Source: a bacterium
Lineage (GTDB): Bacteria > SAR324 > NAC60-12
Reading direction: 5' to 3'
Length of the DNA stretch: 64,000 nucleotides
Assembly (NCBI GenBank): GCA_965205865.1
Contig: CBDBHR010000026.1
Coordinates: forward strand, 243,204 to 307,203
A program made the position numbers and the translations under genes. Position 1 is the stretch's first letter. Every line of letters begins with the position of its first letter. Below the pieces are notes generated by a model. It was not told the DNA's origin, ran no database searches, and saw only the letters and a list, made by a program, of their open reading frames with translations. Below, piece after piece: positions 21,337 to 31,519 of the stretch.

Positions 21337-21705
21337 ATGAGATCGTACGTCATCCGGAGGGTCCTGCTGCTGATCCCGACCTTTTTCCTGGTCACCATCC
21401 TGGTGTTTCTCTAGGTGCGCTTCATACCGGGCGATGCCATCGACATCCTCCTGTTCAGAATGGTTGAATCGTCGGGTGGCGGCAGCGGCATCGACCGCGC
21501 GGAGCTCGAGCGACGCTTGGCGCCGCGGCTGGCAATGTGGCCCGGGGTCTGCCTGACGGTGGTGGTTTTTTGTTTCAACATGTTCGGCGATGCCATGCGC
21601 GACCTGTTCGATCCCTGCCTGCGCGGTGGCCAGGGCAGTTACGGCACTGCGGTGGTGAAACGCAAACGCGGCTTCCTCTCCAGACTGCTCAACCCCTTCT
21701 CTTAG
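21337..21705 (+). pseudogene. dppB 5' end fused to dppC 3' end
   Basis: MRSYVIRRVLL...IDRAELERRL joined to APRLAMWPG...KRKRGFL; TAG at 21412. Confidence 0.85.
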
Positions 21706-22136
21706 GAAGAAGTTCCCTCCCCAATCAAACCGCAAAACCCATCCAAGCACATGGTCTCGAGGCCAGCGGGCGGTGCCTTCATAACACCCGCCATTTGATA
21801 TTCATATGGTTTCCTTTTGAGATGGAGGGCTGCTTCGGTGGTCCTCCATCTTTTTCCTTGTCTTCCGGGTCAAAACCTGACGAACTTCCGCATCTGGGGT
21901 TGAATCCGCTGTGTTCCCCCGGGTTGTCAAACCTGACGCTCCCCGCTTCCGGATCCGGCCTGCCCCTGAATCCCCACCCCTGCGGGGACGGGAAGTACCG
22001 TGTCCCTTGGCGGAACTGCGTCTCGCCACAGCGGTTTCGCTTGCCTGTTCACCATCGGTACGCCATTCTCCCACTTAGCGCCAACATGAAGGCAACGTCC
22101 GCACCTGCTGGCAGCAGGTGTTGCAATAGCTACTGG

Positions 22137-22491
22137 CTATCGGGTGATTAAATCAGCACCTATTAACGGTAATATCCTATTTAAAAACTTCTGTTAAAAT
22201 GTGACTTTCAGCTTGGGTAATCAACTTTGCTTTTCTCTCATTCCAAGATAATGTCTGGATCAAGTTAGCAGCAACAACGGAGGGTTGATCAAGATTGTTA
22301 ACTGCTACTTCTGTTAAGACACCCCTGATACTCGTGCTAATAGGACAACAAATTAACAATCCTGATTTGTTATTATATTCTTTTGATGAAAGAACCAGTG
22401 CTGGACGATATTTACCAATTTCTTTACCTCTTGTAGGTTCAAAATCTAACCAGATAATATGATTGCGTTCTGGAATGTATTGTTTAATCAC
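22137..22491 (-). CDS. mazF: MazF/PemK toxin (probable +1 in homopolymer near 22185)
   Basis: IIWLDFEPTRGKEIGKYRPALVLS; removing one base gives EVLNRILPLIGADLITR-stop. Confidence 0.88.
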
Positions 22492-22748
22492 TTGTCAAAC
22501 TCACTACTTAACGGTTTAGCAAGGATATCCGCATGGGCAGATTCAGGAGTCATATTACGCAGTAACTGTTGCTCACTAAACGGTAATTTTTGTTTAATAT
22601 TCTGTGTTTTAGTAACACTGAGTCCCATCTCTGTCACTTCAACATCTACTTCCGTATCTTCTTGAAAGCTCGGAATTTCTCTCATGACACCCGAAATACG
22701 TAAGGCTAAACCGTTACCCCATTTTTGTATTTTTGCTTGTACTCGCAT
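22488..22748 (-). CDS. mazE: MazE/AbrB antitoxin
   Basis: KIQKWGNGLALRI. Confidence 0.9.
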   Translation of the reverse strand: MRVQAKIQKWGNGLALRISGVMREIPSFQEDTEVDVEVTEMGLSVTKTQNIKQKLPFSEQQLLRNMTPESAHADILAKPLSSEFDK

Positions 22749-22938
22749 GTTAATCCTTCATTAGAATTTACAAAGTATATACATAGTATCAACATACAGT
22801 AAATATATCAAGGAATTTATCAATCAAAATTCCTTCCAATTCATCAGATGTCTCTTTTCCTAAATCACAGCAGTTCTAATTAGGGTCTACTGAAAAATAT
22901 CTTGCGTGCGCTGGCAAGCGAACCTGCGGTGACGAAAA

Positions 22939-23123
22939 GGGGTCAGGCCTTTGATTATTTCATTTGACGTTTCATTCTTCAAATAAACTATCCCGGAGCA
23001 AGCTCTCTCGTTGAGGCTCGATTTTCGCTTCGCTCGAGCGGAGAATTTTGTCGGATTATCTTTTTTTCAACGCAGCAACGGTACGCCGAGCGGCTGCGGC
23101 GAGTCAGACCCGAAAGAGATTAA
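22939..23123 (+). repeat. GGGGTCAGGCCTTTGATTA-family repeat (first ~120 bp shared with 41550-41668)
   Basis: Direct sequence match; ends AGACCCGAAAGAGATTAA, similar to 51586-51601. Confidence 0.8.
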
Positions 23124-23263
23124 TAGTTTTTCCTCACCGGATTCAGGTGAACATTGCGAATTAACTCTAATAAATACTGATCGGCATCCACTAAAATCGC
23201 TTTATAGCGCCCCTGAAACAAATGTCCCTTCCGTTTTTGTTTTTTGTTGATCCAGCGAGTATA

Positions 23264-24917
23264 CTGGACTTTAGACATATTTTGAGAATTATGCTGCTTC
23301 CAGTAGCTGATAAATCAAGCATTTTATGTCGTCTTGAGAAAATAACTTTTGTTCGGGTGATTTTTGCGAGTTGAAATATTTACAACCCCAGGTTTTTCGT
23401 CGTATAACAGCCATGAGGTCAGAAAAGGTAATTTCTGATTTTTTGTACCATGCACTGCTTTTTGGCATCAGTTCCCCGTCACGATAAAATTGAAGAGCGG
23501 CACAGCAAATCAGTGAAAATAAGCCAAACAAAAGCGGAGTGGTTCGAGCGATGGCCAAGTCAGACCACTGCCTTTGGGTTTCCACTCCTAAATGGGCCCG
23601 TACCTCTTCGAAAGTGACCTCTACATTCCAGCGCAGCATGTATCGTTTGAGCAGATCAAGTGCGTCGATTTCAACATTGTTAGTAAAAAAAGCTTGAGGA
23701 TTTTTCTTTCCCTCAATTCGAACAAGGACCCATTTCACGGCGATGGGCAACTGCTTGGTTTTGTACATCAAGGCCACCCCTGAAAGATAAGATATGGATT
23801 TTTCATCGTCCTGATACCAAGGGAGGAGCGCTGTTTGCCAAGCTTGGCATTCATCCTTGGCTAAAATTTTCAAAGCAGTCAGCAGGGCTCCCTTTTTTGG
23901 TTTGGGTCCTCTTTTGCCGGGAGTAGGCTCTGGAGGAAAGTCGTACAATCTGGCATCAATGCGCAAACGACAGATCATGGTAATATGGAGACGACAACAT
24001 TCTTTTAAGAGATCGAAACAGGCAAAACCACCATCGGCCAAGAAAATGAGACGACGAGTGGGTTGCCAGCGGCGGAGTTGCTTAAGCGCTTGAATGCTCC
24101 AATCAATAGAAGTCTTATGTCTTTTGCCCCTATCCTCATTGGCTTTCTTTGAGGGTTGGAGAATCGTCCAGAATGGTAAGGCCCATTGACGGGAACTCCA
24201 GGGAACCGGAACAATCAACATCAAACAAAGCCATTCTAAACCCCAGACAGGTAACTACCTGTTTGCCTTTTGATCGAAGCGCGTCACGATACCAGCCCTT
24301 GGCTTTGATTTTTTTGCCTTGGCGACGTTCTAAGGTTTCGTCAGCACCAATCACAAGGGCGGCATTAGCTGGCACAAACAAAACAATGAGCAGTCCTAAT
24401 AAAATTCTGGCGGCGGCTAATCCGGACCAACGAGCCCGACGAAGGACATTGTGATAATTACAAAAATCAGGGATATTTCCCAGACCAACGGCTCTCAAAC
24501 AAGAAGCAACCGTGCGACGTCCCTGGCAAAGAATCGCTCCCGTGACCAGAGTTTGAGCCCATCCCCAAACCGATGGAGAAAAAAGCTGTCTAAATGATTC
24601 TAAAAAGATTATAAATTCATTGGGAAGAGACAACATGGCAAACTCCTGTATGCATGGTTGTTTTGACCAACGGCTCTCAAACAAGAAGCAACCGTGCGAC
24701 GTCCCTGGCAAAGAATCGCTCCCGTGACCAGAGTTTGAGCCCATCCCCCAAACCGATGGAGAAAAAAGCTGTCTAAATGATTCTAAAAAGATTATAAATT
24801 CATTGGGAAGAGACAACATGGCAAACTCCTGTATGCATGGTTGTTTTGGAAACTCCACCATACAGAATGTTTGTCTGAATCTCTTCCTGAAAATTTACTC
24901 AAATGTCCAAAGTCCAG
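23264..24917 (-). mobile_element. IS701-family element; transposase split, 5' ~182 bp tandemly duplicated
   Basis: TIRs CTGGACTTTAGACAT / ATGTCCAAAGTCCAG; GADETLERR, LADGGF, RWNVEVTFEEVRAHLG. Confidence 0.88.
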
Positions 24918-24978
24918 AGAAATAGGTAAATTAAAATTTTTTTATAGCTTCAAAATTTCTTCAAGAGGAGACCGAAAA

Positions 24979-25218
24979 ATGCTTCACAACTATACGGCTC
25001 ACTATGTAAAGATCAATTCAGGTTATATGGGGCAATTGCTTGAATGGCCTGAAGTGGTTACAGAAGGCGAGGATATCGAGAATTGCCGATTGATGCTAAG
25101 AGACGCATTGCATGAAATGGTTCTGGCTTACCAACGACAAGGAAACGAAATCCCTCTGGGTAATAGTCTGATTGAACAGGTTCCTATCGAGATAGCAGAT
25201 GTCGGTCAAACGACGTGA
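24979..25218 (+). CDS. hicB: HicB-family antitoxin; overlapping hicA (from 25199, MSVKRRDL) truncated
   Basis: YMGQLLEWPEVVTEGEDIENCRLMLRDAL. Confidence 0.8.
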   Translation: MLHNYTAHYVKINSGYMGQLLEWPEVVTEGEDIENCRLMLRDALHEMVLAYQRQGNEIPLGNSLIEQVPIEIADVGQTT

Positions 25219-25413
25219 TTTAGAACTTATCCTTAAATAACATTAACTTTCCTGTAAGTTATGATAGCTGCAGCCAATTGAAGCAGTGCGAGATAAGTTT
25301 GATAATATTTTTCGAATCGGGACCATTATCTTGCGAAACCTGTTGAACCATGAATGACTCACTTCGACGACCCATCTTCCGGGTCTGTATTGGGGATTTG
25401 CTTTTTTTTCTTG

Positions 25414-25734
25414 AATCCCTTTATTCTGTCTCTGAAAGCGGTCGGATTTTGTTACATTTGAGCAAGATTTTCACTGCATTTCGTTAAAATTTCGTTAGAG
25501 ATTGGCAAGAAATTTACTAACTTTATGTCCTGAGATTAGGACGGGTTGTTCAATAATATTTTATTCTTTCTTCTTTTTAGAGAAATGCTTGGACTTACCA
25601 TTTTAATCCCTTTATTCTATCTCCGAAAGCGGTCAGATTTTGTTACATTTGAGCAAGATTTTTACTGCATTTCGTTAAAATACCGTTAGAGATTGGCAAG
25701 AAATTTATTAACTTTATGCCCTGAGATAGGACGG
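25414..25734 (+). repeat. ~130-bp direct repeat (25414-25544, 25605-25734) upstream of SBP3
   Basis: AATCCCTTTATTCT...GAGAT(T)AGGACGG twice. Confidence 0.85.
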
Positions 25735-25852
25735 AAGAGCAATGGAGAATTTGGAAAATCATCGGCTCCTGAGTGCGTCGGTTTATGGTTCATTGCCCAA
25801 TCCTGGAGGCAATGAATCGGTTTTTTGATCACTTGAAAATGAAGGAGATCCA

Positions 25853-27853
25853 ATGTGTAGAGCAATCGTCGAGAACCTGCTTTCGGGAACGAAAGCAGGT
25901 TTTAAAACCACCCGAAATCTTGTTTTTAATCAAAAATCAGAAAGGAGCATGATGAACCGTCATAAAAGTAGAGAAATCGTCGACAACGTGCCTTCGGGAA
26001 CGAAAGCATGTTTCAAATCAATCCTTAATATTTTTAAACATTCAAACGGAGAATCTCGTATGTTTAATCAAAGAAGCAGTTCAAAATTGAGCGCAACCCT
26101 GTTGGCTCTTATCCTGGGAGCAAGCGTCCTTTGGGTTAGTCCGGCTGTGGCTGCCGAGAAAAAGATGGTCAAAGATCCGACCACTGGTAAAATGGTGACT
26201 GTACCTGAGTACGGCGGCACCCTCACTATCCCGGGCAAGAACGAGCTGTTGGACCAGGATCCGTCGATCGGCGGACACTGGGCCGCCTTTCAGATCTCAG
26301 GGGTCCAAGAAAAGCTGGCGATCCTCGACTGGGCCACGCCACGAGACGTGTTTGCGATGAATATTTATTACCAACCGCCCGAGCTCTTGACCGGTTGGCT
26401 GGCAGAGAGTTGGTCGAATCCCGACCCCAAGACGTTCATCGTCAAGATCAAGCAGGGGGTCAAATGGCACAACAAGGCGCCAGTCGACGGCCGCGAGCTG
26501 ACCGCTGAAGACGTCGCCTGGACCTACCGCCGCATCGGTGGCCTGCTCGACTGGAAGCCGGAGTACACCTACGTGTTGCGCAATTTTCCGTGGCAGTCCA
26601 TCGAGGCCACCGACCGGTACACGGTCGTGTTCAAGTTAACCGAGCCGCGCATGGACCTGGCAGACTCGGTGCTCGGAGAGGTCGGCACCTGGATCCTGCC
26701 GCCGGAGGTCATTGAACAGCACGGCAACTACTCCGACTGGCGTAACGTGGTCGGCACCGGAGCTTACCAGCTGGATGACTTCCAACCGGGTGTGCGAAAG
26801 CGGTGGGTGCGTAATCCCAACTACCATGGCTTCGACGAGAAGTACCCGGACAACAAGCTGCCCTACATCGATGAGATCATCTCTCTCCACATGGAAGAAG
26901 AGGCGACCGCCACGGCCGCGCTGCGCACCGGTCAGTTAGACATGCTCAATATCGGCGGTGGCATCACGCTGACCACCTTCGAAGCGGTGAATGCCGTCCA
27001 GAAGACCAACCCCGACATGCAGGTATTCCCGTACTACATTCGGGCGCTGCAGGTGTCCGGTATGAATATCCGCAGACCGCCCTTCGACGATATCCGCGTG
27101 CGCAAGGCCATGAACATGGCCATCGACCGCGCCGCGATAAACGAGAGCTACTACGGAGGCTACGCCTACCCGACCGTGCAGGGCTTCGTCGGCGCCGGGC
27201 TGGGACCCCTCCACACACCGTTCGAGGAGTGGCCCGCGGATCTGCAGGCCGAGTACTCTTACAATCCGGAGAAGGCAGAGCAATTGCTTGACGAGGCCGG
27301 GCTTCCGCGTGGTTCCGACGGCGTGCGACTGCGGGTCACCTACGACCACCGCGATGTCATCGACCTCGGTTGGCTCGAGATCGTGGCCAGCTACTGGAAG
27401 GAGATCGGCGTGGAGGTGGAGATCAACGTGATGGACACCGGCGCCTGGGTCGATCGCCGTGCCCGCGGGGTCTACGAGATGGCGACCGGCGACTCGGGTT
27501 GGGATTTGAATCCCACGCACATCATGAGCTTCTACGGCCACGCGCTGAACAACTCTTCGGACCAGTCGCGTGAATATGCCGGCGGGGTCGAGGACGCGAC
27601 CATGAGTCGGCTCTACGAGGCGTTCAACGCAGCGACCAGCAAGGAAGCGTGGATCCCGATCATGAAAGAGTTCAACGAGTACATCATGCGGCAGCACTTC
27701 CAGGTCTATGGCCACAAGGCGCCGCTGTTCCAACTGGCCCATCCCTGGGTCAAGGGGTTCAACGGCGAGACGCAACTGCATGGCGCGGAGGAGCACCTGG
27801 TACTCTCGCGGATCTGGCTCGACCAGGACCTGAAGCGGGAAATGGGGTACTAA
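25853..27853 (+). CDS. ABC substrate-binding protein family 5 (SBP3); alternative starts 25949, 26060
   Basis: AVA-AEKK, PEYGGTL, LAESW, GTGAY, RVRKAMNMAID. Confidence 0.92.
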   Translation: MCRAIVENLLSGTKAGFKTTRNLVFNQKSERSMMNRHKSREIVDNVPSGTKACFKSILNIFKHSNGESRMFNQRSSSKLSATLLALILGASVLWVSPAVAAEKKMVKDPTTGKMVTVPEYGGTLTIPGKNELLDQDPSIGGHWAAFQISGVQEKLAILDWATPRDVFAMNIYYQPPELLTGWLAESWSNPDPKTFIVKIKQGVKWHNKAPVDGRELTAEDVAWTYRRIGGLLDWKPEYTYVLRNFPWQSIEATDRYTVVFKLTEPRMDLADSVLGEVGTWILPPEVIEQHGNYSDWRNVVGTGAYQLDDFQPGVRKRWVRNPNYHGFDEKYPDNKLPYIDEIISLHMEEEATATAALRTGQLDMLNIGGGITLTTFEAVNAVQKTNPDMQVFPYYIRALQVSGMNIRRPPFDDIRVRKAMNMAIDRAAINESYYGGYAYPTVQGFVGAGLGPLHTPFEEWPADLQAEYSYNPEKAEQLLDEAGLPRGSDGVRLRVTYDHRDVIDLGWLEIVASYWKEIGVEVEINVMDTGAWVDRRARGVYEMATGDSGWDLNPTHIMSFYGHALNNSSDQSREYAGGVEDATMSRLYEAFNAATSKEAWIPIMKEFNEYIMRQHFQVYGHKAPLFQLAHPWVKGFNGETQLHGAEEHLVLSRIWLDQDLKREMGY

Positions 27854-27944
27854 CCCCGGCCGGTAACACGGTCGAACGGACGTGGGGTGGCGGGAACGAC
27901 CTGCCACCCCTTTTCTTGCGTTACTAGTGTGGAGGTAAACCGAC

Positions 27945-28913
27945 GTGCGTGCGTATCTGATCAGGCGGGTGCTGCTGGTCATCCCGACCCTCTTCATCGT
28001 CACCATCCTCGTGTTTCTCTCGGTGCGCTTCATTCCCGGCAACATCATCGAGGTGATGGTCGCTCGGATGGGCTACGAAGGCGGCGGCACGATCGACATT
28101 GCTGCCGCAAAGAAGCGGCTCGGGCTCGACGTCCCCTTTTACGTGCAGTACTCTCGGTGGATCGGAGGCATCGTCGTGCGTGGCACTCTCGGCAGATCGC
28201 TGTATGGCGGCTCGAGCGGCGACACGGTGGAGGCGATGATGGCCACCAGGATAGGCGTGACTCTCGAGCTCGGGCTGTTGGCAATCCTGACCGGTCTGAT
28301 CATCGCGGTGCCGGTCGGTATCTATTCGGCGATTCGGCAGTACACGGTGGCTGACTACCTGGGTCGCTCAGTGGCGATCATCGGTCTGGCGACTCCGAAC
28401 TTCTGGCTTGCGCTGCTTGTCATCATCTACCCGGCTATCTGGTGGGGTTGGACGCCCCAAATCGTGTACGTCCCCTTCGGCGTCGATCCACTGGCCAACC
28501 TCTCCATATTCATCTTTCCCGCCCTGATCCTGGGAACCTACCTGGCGGCCAGCACCATGCGCATGACCCGCACGATGATGCTGGAAGTCCTGCGTCAGGA
28601 TTACGTGAGGACGGCCTGGGCCAAGGGCCTCAAGGAGCGCAAAGTGGTGCTGCGCCACGCGGTCAAGAACGCCCTCATCCCGGTCGTCACGTTGATCGGC
28701 CTGCAGATCCCCATCATCGCCGGTGGCTCGGTCATCATGGAGAACATCTTCAATTTGCCCGGGCTCGGGCGCTTGATGCTGGACGCGCTCAACAACCGCG
28801 ACTACCCGGTGGTGTCCGGCGCGAACCTGTTCTTCGCCTTGGTCGTGGTAATGATCAACCTGATCACCGACCTGACGTACGCCTTCCTGGATCCGAGGAT
28901 TCGCTATGAGTGA
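27945..28913 (+). CDS. DppB-like permease
   Basis: Intact, canonical motifs. Confidence 0.92.
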   Translation: MRAYLIRRVLLVIPTLFIVTILVFLSVRFIPGNIIEVMVARMGYEGGGTIDIAAAKKRLGLDVPFYVQYSRWIGGIVVRGTLGRSLYGGSSGDTVEAMMATRIGVTLELGLLAILTGLIIAVPVGIYSAIRQYTVADYLGRSVAIIGLATPNFWLALLVIIYPAIWWGWTPQIVYVPFGVDPLANLSIFIFPALILGTYLAASTMRMTRTMMLEVLRQDYVRTAWAKGLKERKVVLRHAVKNALIPVVTLIGLQIPIIAGGSVIMENIFNLPGLGRLMLDALNNRDYPVVSGANLFFALVVVMINLITDLTYAFLDPRIRYE

Positions 28914-29892
28914 GCCACTCCCAGTCGATCATGAAGAGAGCACATCGGACGCTCCCGCAGCCGAACGTCGTCGACCCGTTGCGAGCTTTTTCCACCGGCT
29001 CCTGAAGGAGCAACCGCTGGGAGCGGCTGCCGGCATCGTCGTCCTGGCGCTGGTCTTCGTCGCCATCTTTGCGGAGCAGCTGACGCCCTACGAGTACGAC
29101 ATCGGCCGCATACGAGAGCGGATGAAGGGGCCGTCGCTCGAGCACCCGCTCGGCACCGACCATGCCGGCCGCGACGTTCTGGCTCGAATCTTGAAGGGCG
29201 CTCAAGTATCGCTGCTAGTGGGACTGACGGCGACCGTGCTGAACACGATGGTCGCGCTGCTGGTTGGCGGCACCACGGGATTCATCGGTGGCCGGATCGA
29301 CGTCTACACCCAGCGCTTCGTCGATGCGTGGATGTCGTTCCCGGGATTGCTGTTGCTGCTCACCATCATGTCGTTAGTAGATCGAAGCATCGTCACGGTC
29401 ATCGTGGTGCTTGGCGTGACCGGTGGCATCCCCGCCTCGCGGGTGGTACGCGGCGCGGTGATCGGCATCAAGGAGAACGACTACTTTCTGGCAGCGAAGG
29501 CCGTGGGTACTCCATCGACCCGGATCCTGTTAAGGCATGTGTTGCCCAACATCGCCGCACCGCTCATTGTCATCTTCAGCATCAACGTCGGCGCCGTCAT
29601 CATTGCCGAGGCCTCGCTGAGTTTCCTGGGATTCGGCTTGCCGGTGAACGTTCCCAGCTGGGGCGGTATGCTGAGCCGAGAGGGTCGCAGGTACATGGAA
29701 CTGGCGCCCCGGTTGGCGCTCTGGCCCGGGCTTTGCCTGACCATGACCGTCTACTGTCTCAACATGTTCGGCGACGCCATGCGGGACCTGCTCGATCCCC
29801 GGCTACGGGGCGGTCAGGGCAGTTACGGCACCGCGAGAATGAAACGCAAACGAGGTTTCCTGGCCAGGCTGATCAACCCTTTCAACTGGTAA
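28906..29892 (+). CDS. DppC-like permease
   Basis: HPLGTDHAGRD, RHVLPN, SLSFLGFG. Confidence 0.92.
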   Translation: MSEPLPVDHEESTSDAPAAERRRPVASFFHRLLKEQPLGAAAGIVVLALVFVAIFAEQLTPYEYDIGRIRERMKGPSLEHPLGTDHAGRDVLARILKGAQVSLLVGLTATVLNTMVALLVGGTTGFIGGRIDVYTQRFVDAWMSFPGLLLLLTIMSLVDRSIVTVIVVLGVTGGIPASRVVRGAVIGIKENDYFLAAKAVGTPSTRILLRHVLPNIAAPLIVIFSINVGAVIIAEASLSFLGFGLPVNVPSWGGMLSREGRRYMELAPRLALWPGLCLTMTVYCLNMFGDAMRDLLDPRLRGGQGSYGTARMKRKRGFLARLINPFNW

Positions 29893-29931
29893 GCGCACAA
29901 AAGGAAACCTTAGAAAAAAAGCACTGAATCA

Positions 29932-30033
29932 TCCACTTTTGAGGTATTTAAAAAGAAGACACAAGCGACCCCTAAATCTGTGATTTCAGTCTGCCAAGAG
30001 CGATTGAAACGTTTTCAAAGAGACTCCCGGTGA
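29932..30033 (+). pseudogene. RelE/Gp49-like toxin C-terminal scrap
   Basis: FEVFKKKTQATPKSVISVCQERLKRF directly upstream of the HTH gene. Confidence 0.6.
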
Positions 30034-30046
30034 TTTAAGGCAAAAT

Positions 30047-30382
30047 ATGGATGAGAAAAAGAAGAAGCGGTTGGAAGAGAAGGGTTGGAGAATTGGCTCA
30101 ATCGAAAACTTTTTGGAACTTTCTACAGAAGAGTCAGCCTATATAGAACTTAAAATGGCTCTCAGTGAAAATTTAAAAAGCATAAGAAGACGGAAACGAA
30201 TGACGCAAGCTCAATTGGCGAAAGTTTTAAATTCCAGTCAATCTCGCATTGCTAAAATGGAATCGGGAGATCCGAGTGTTTCTCTTGATCTTTTATTTCG
30301 TTCTCTTTTCACTTTGGGACAATCCGTCTCAGACCTGGCAAAAGTTTTTGAACACCCGAAATTAGAAATTCGCAAATCCTAA
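30047..30382 (+). CDS. XRE-family HTH protein, probable antitoxin
   Basis: MTQAQLAKVLNSSQSRIAKMESGDPSVSLD. Confidence 0.85.
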   Translation: MDEKKKKRLEEKGWRIGSIENFLELSTEESAYIELKMALSENLKSIRRRKRMTQAQLAKVLNSSQSRIAKMESGDPSVSLDLLFRSLFTLGQSVSDLAKVFEHPKLEIRKS

Positions 30383-30619
30383 ATTGGTTCGATTTTTACA
30401 CCGATCAGACAAAAGTCATTTTGGAAAACTATTCAAAGGAGTCCATCGGTGATTTAGGAATGAAATTTAAATAAGTTAGAAGTATGGATACGCAAAATTA
30501 AGGGACAACTAACAGCAGGCATAAAACAGTAGAGTTGGGATGCGCAGCGGTATACATGTCCCCAATTTTGCTCACACCATTGGAAGAATTACAGGTTATT
30601 TAAGGTTTGTTCCTTAGTA

Positions 30620-31165
30620 GACATCCTGCATGCCCCCTCAGCCCGGTATCTCCTGGGGACCGACCAGATAGGGCGAGACTTCTTGAGCCGCCTGATCTAC
30701 GGGGCTCGTCTTTCCTTAATTGTCGGTCTGTCCGCGACCACGCTCAATGTTCTCGTCGCTGTCCTGATCGGCGGCATTTCCGGATTCCTTGGGGGGAAAG
30801 TGGACTTGGTGGTGCAGCGCTTTGTCGATGCCTGGATGGCTATCCCGGGACTGCTCCTCTTGTTAACCATCATGTCCATTGTGGGAAAGGGTTTGCCACA
30901 GCTTATTGTGGTCCTGGGGATATCAGGAGGCATCGGCGGCTCCCGAGTCGTCCGAGGCGCCGTGATCGGCATCAAAGAGAATGATTACTTTCTGGCAGCC
31001 CAGGCCGTGGGCACCCCTACGCGCCAAATCCTGATCCGCCATGTGCTGCCCAATATTATGGCGCCGATCATCATCATCTTCAGCATCAACATCGGCGGGG
31101 TGATTATCAGTGAGGCGTCGCTGAGCTTCCTCGGATTCGGTCTGCCTCCTGATGTTCCTAGCTGA
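30620..31165 (+). pseudogene. dppC internal fragment
   Basis: LLGTDQIGRDF...SLSFLGFGLPPDVPS then TGA in place of Trp. Confidence 0.85.
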
Positions 31166-31264
31166 CGAGGCCTACACTCTTGGTCCATCCGGCTTTATAC
31201 CCCACATTTCTGAGAGGCGCGGGGACGTCTGGTTGCGGACTTCTCTACTGTGAAAGCCAAACTG

Positions 31265-31490
31265 CTAAGTCGCCCGCATGACCGGCGAGGTGTTGGCAAA
31301 GGGTCCATGCATCACCTGGCGGTTCATGATCACCACATCGCCCGGTTGACACAGCATCGGGACGGCCCCCGGGAGACTATCCAACCCCATTGGCCTGGAT
31401 CCGTGCGACGATTTCGAGCTCGTCCTGCTGGTGGGTCCCGGGAACCACCCACAGCGCATTCACCGGATTGGTGGGGTAAAGCTGATGGTT
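31265..31490 (-). pseudogene. Phytanoyl-CoA dioxygenase (PhyH)-like fragment
   Basis: VPMLCQPGDVVIMNRQVMHG.FANTSP..R. Confidence 0.6.
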
Positions 31491-31519
31491 AGCTCGTTTT
31501 GGAAAGAAGTAAGAGGATC

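Noticed and set aside
22095-22105. Minus-strand GTGCG as a group II intron 5' end
   Set aside because: It lies within a local hairpin and no domain I landmarks follow.
25500-25520. Sigma54 promoter TTGGCAAGAAATTTAC
   Set aside because: The conserved -12 GC is missing in both repeat copies.
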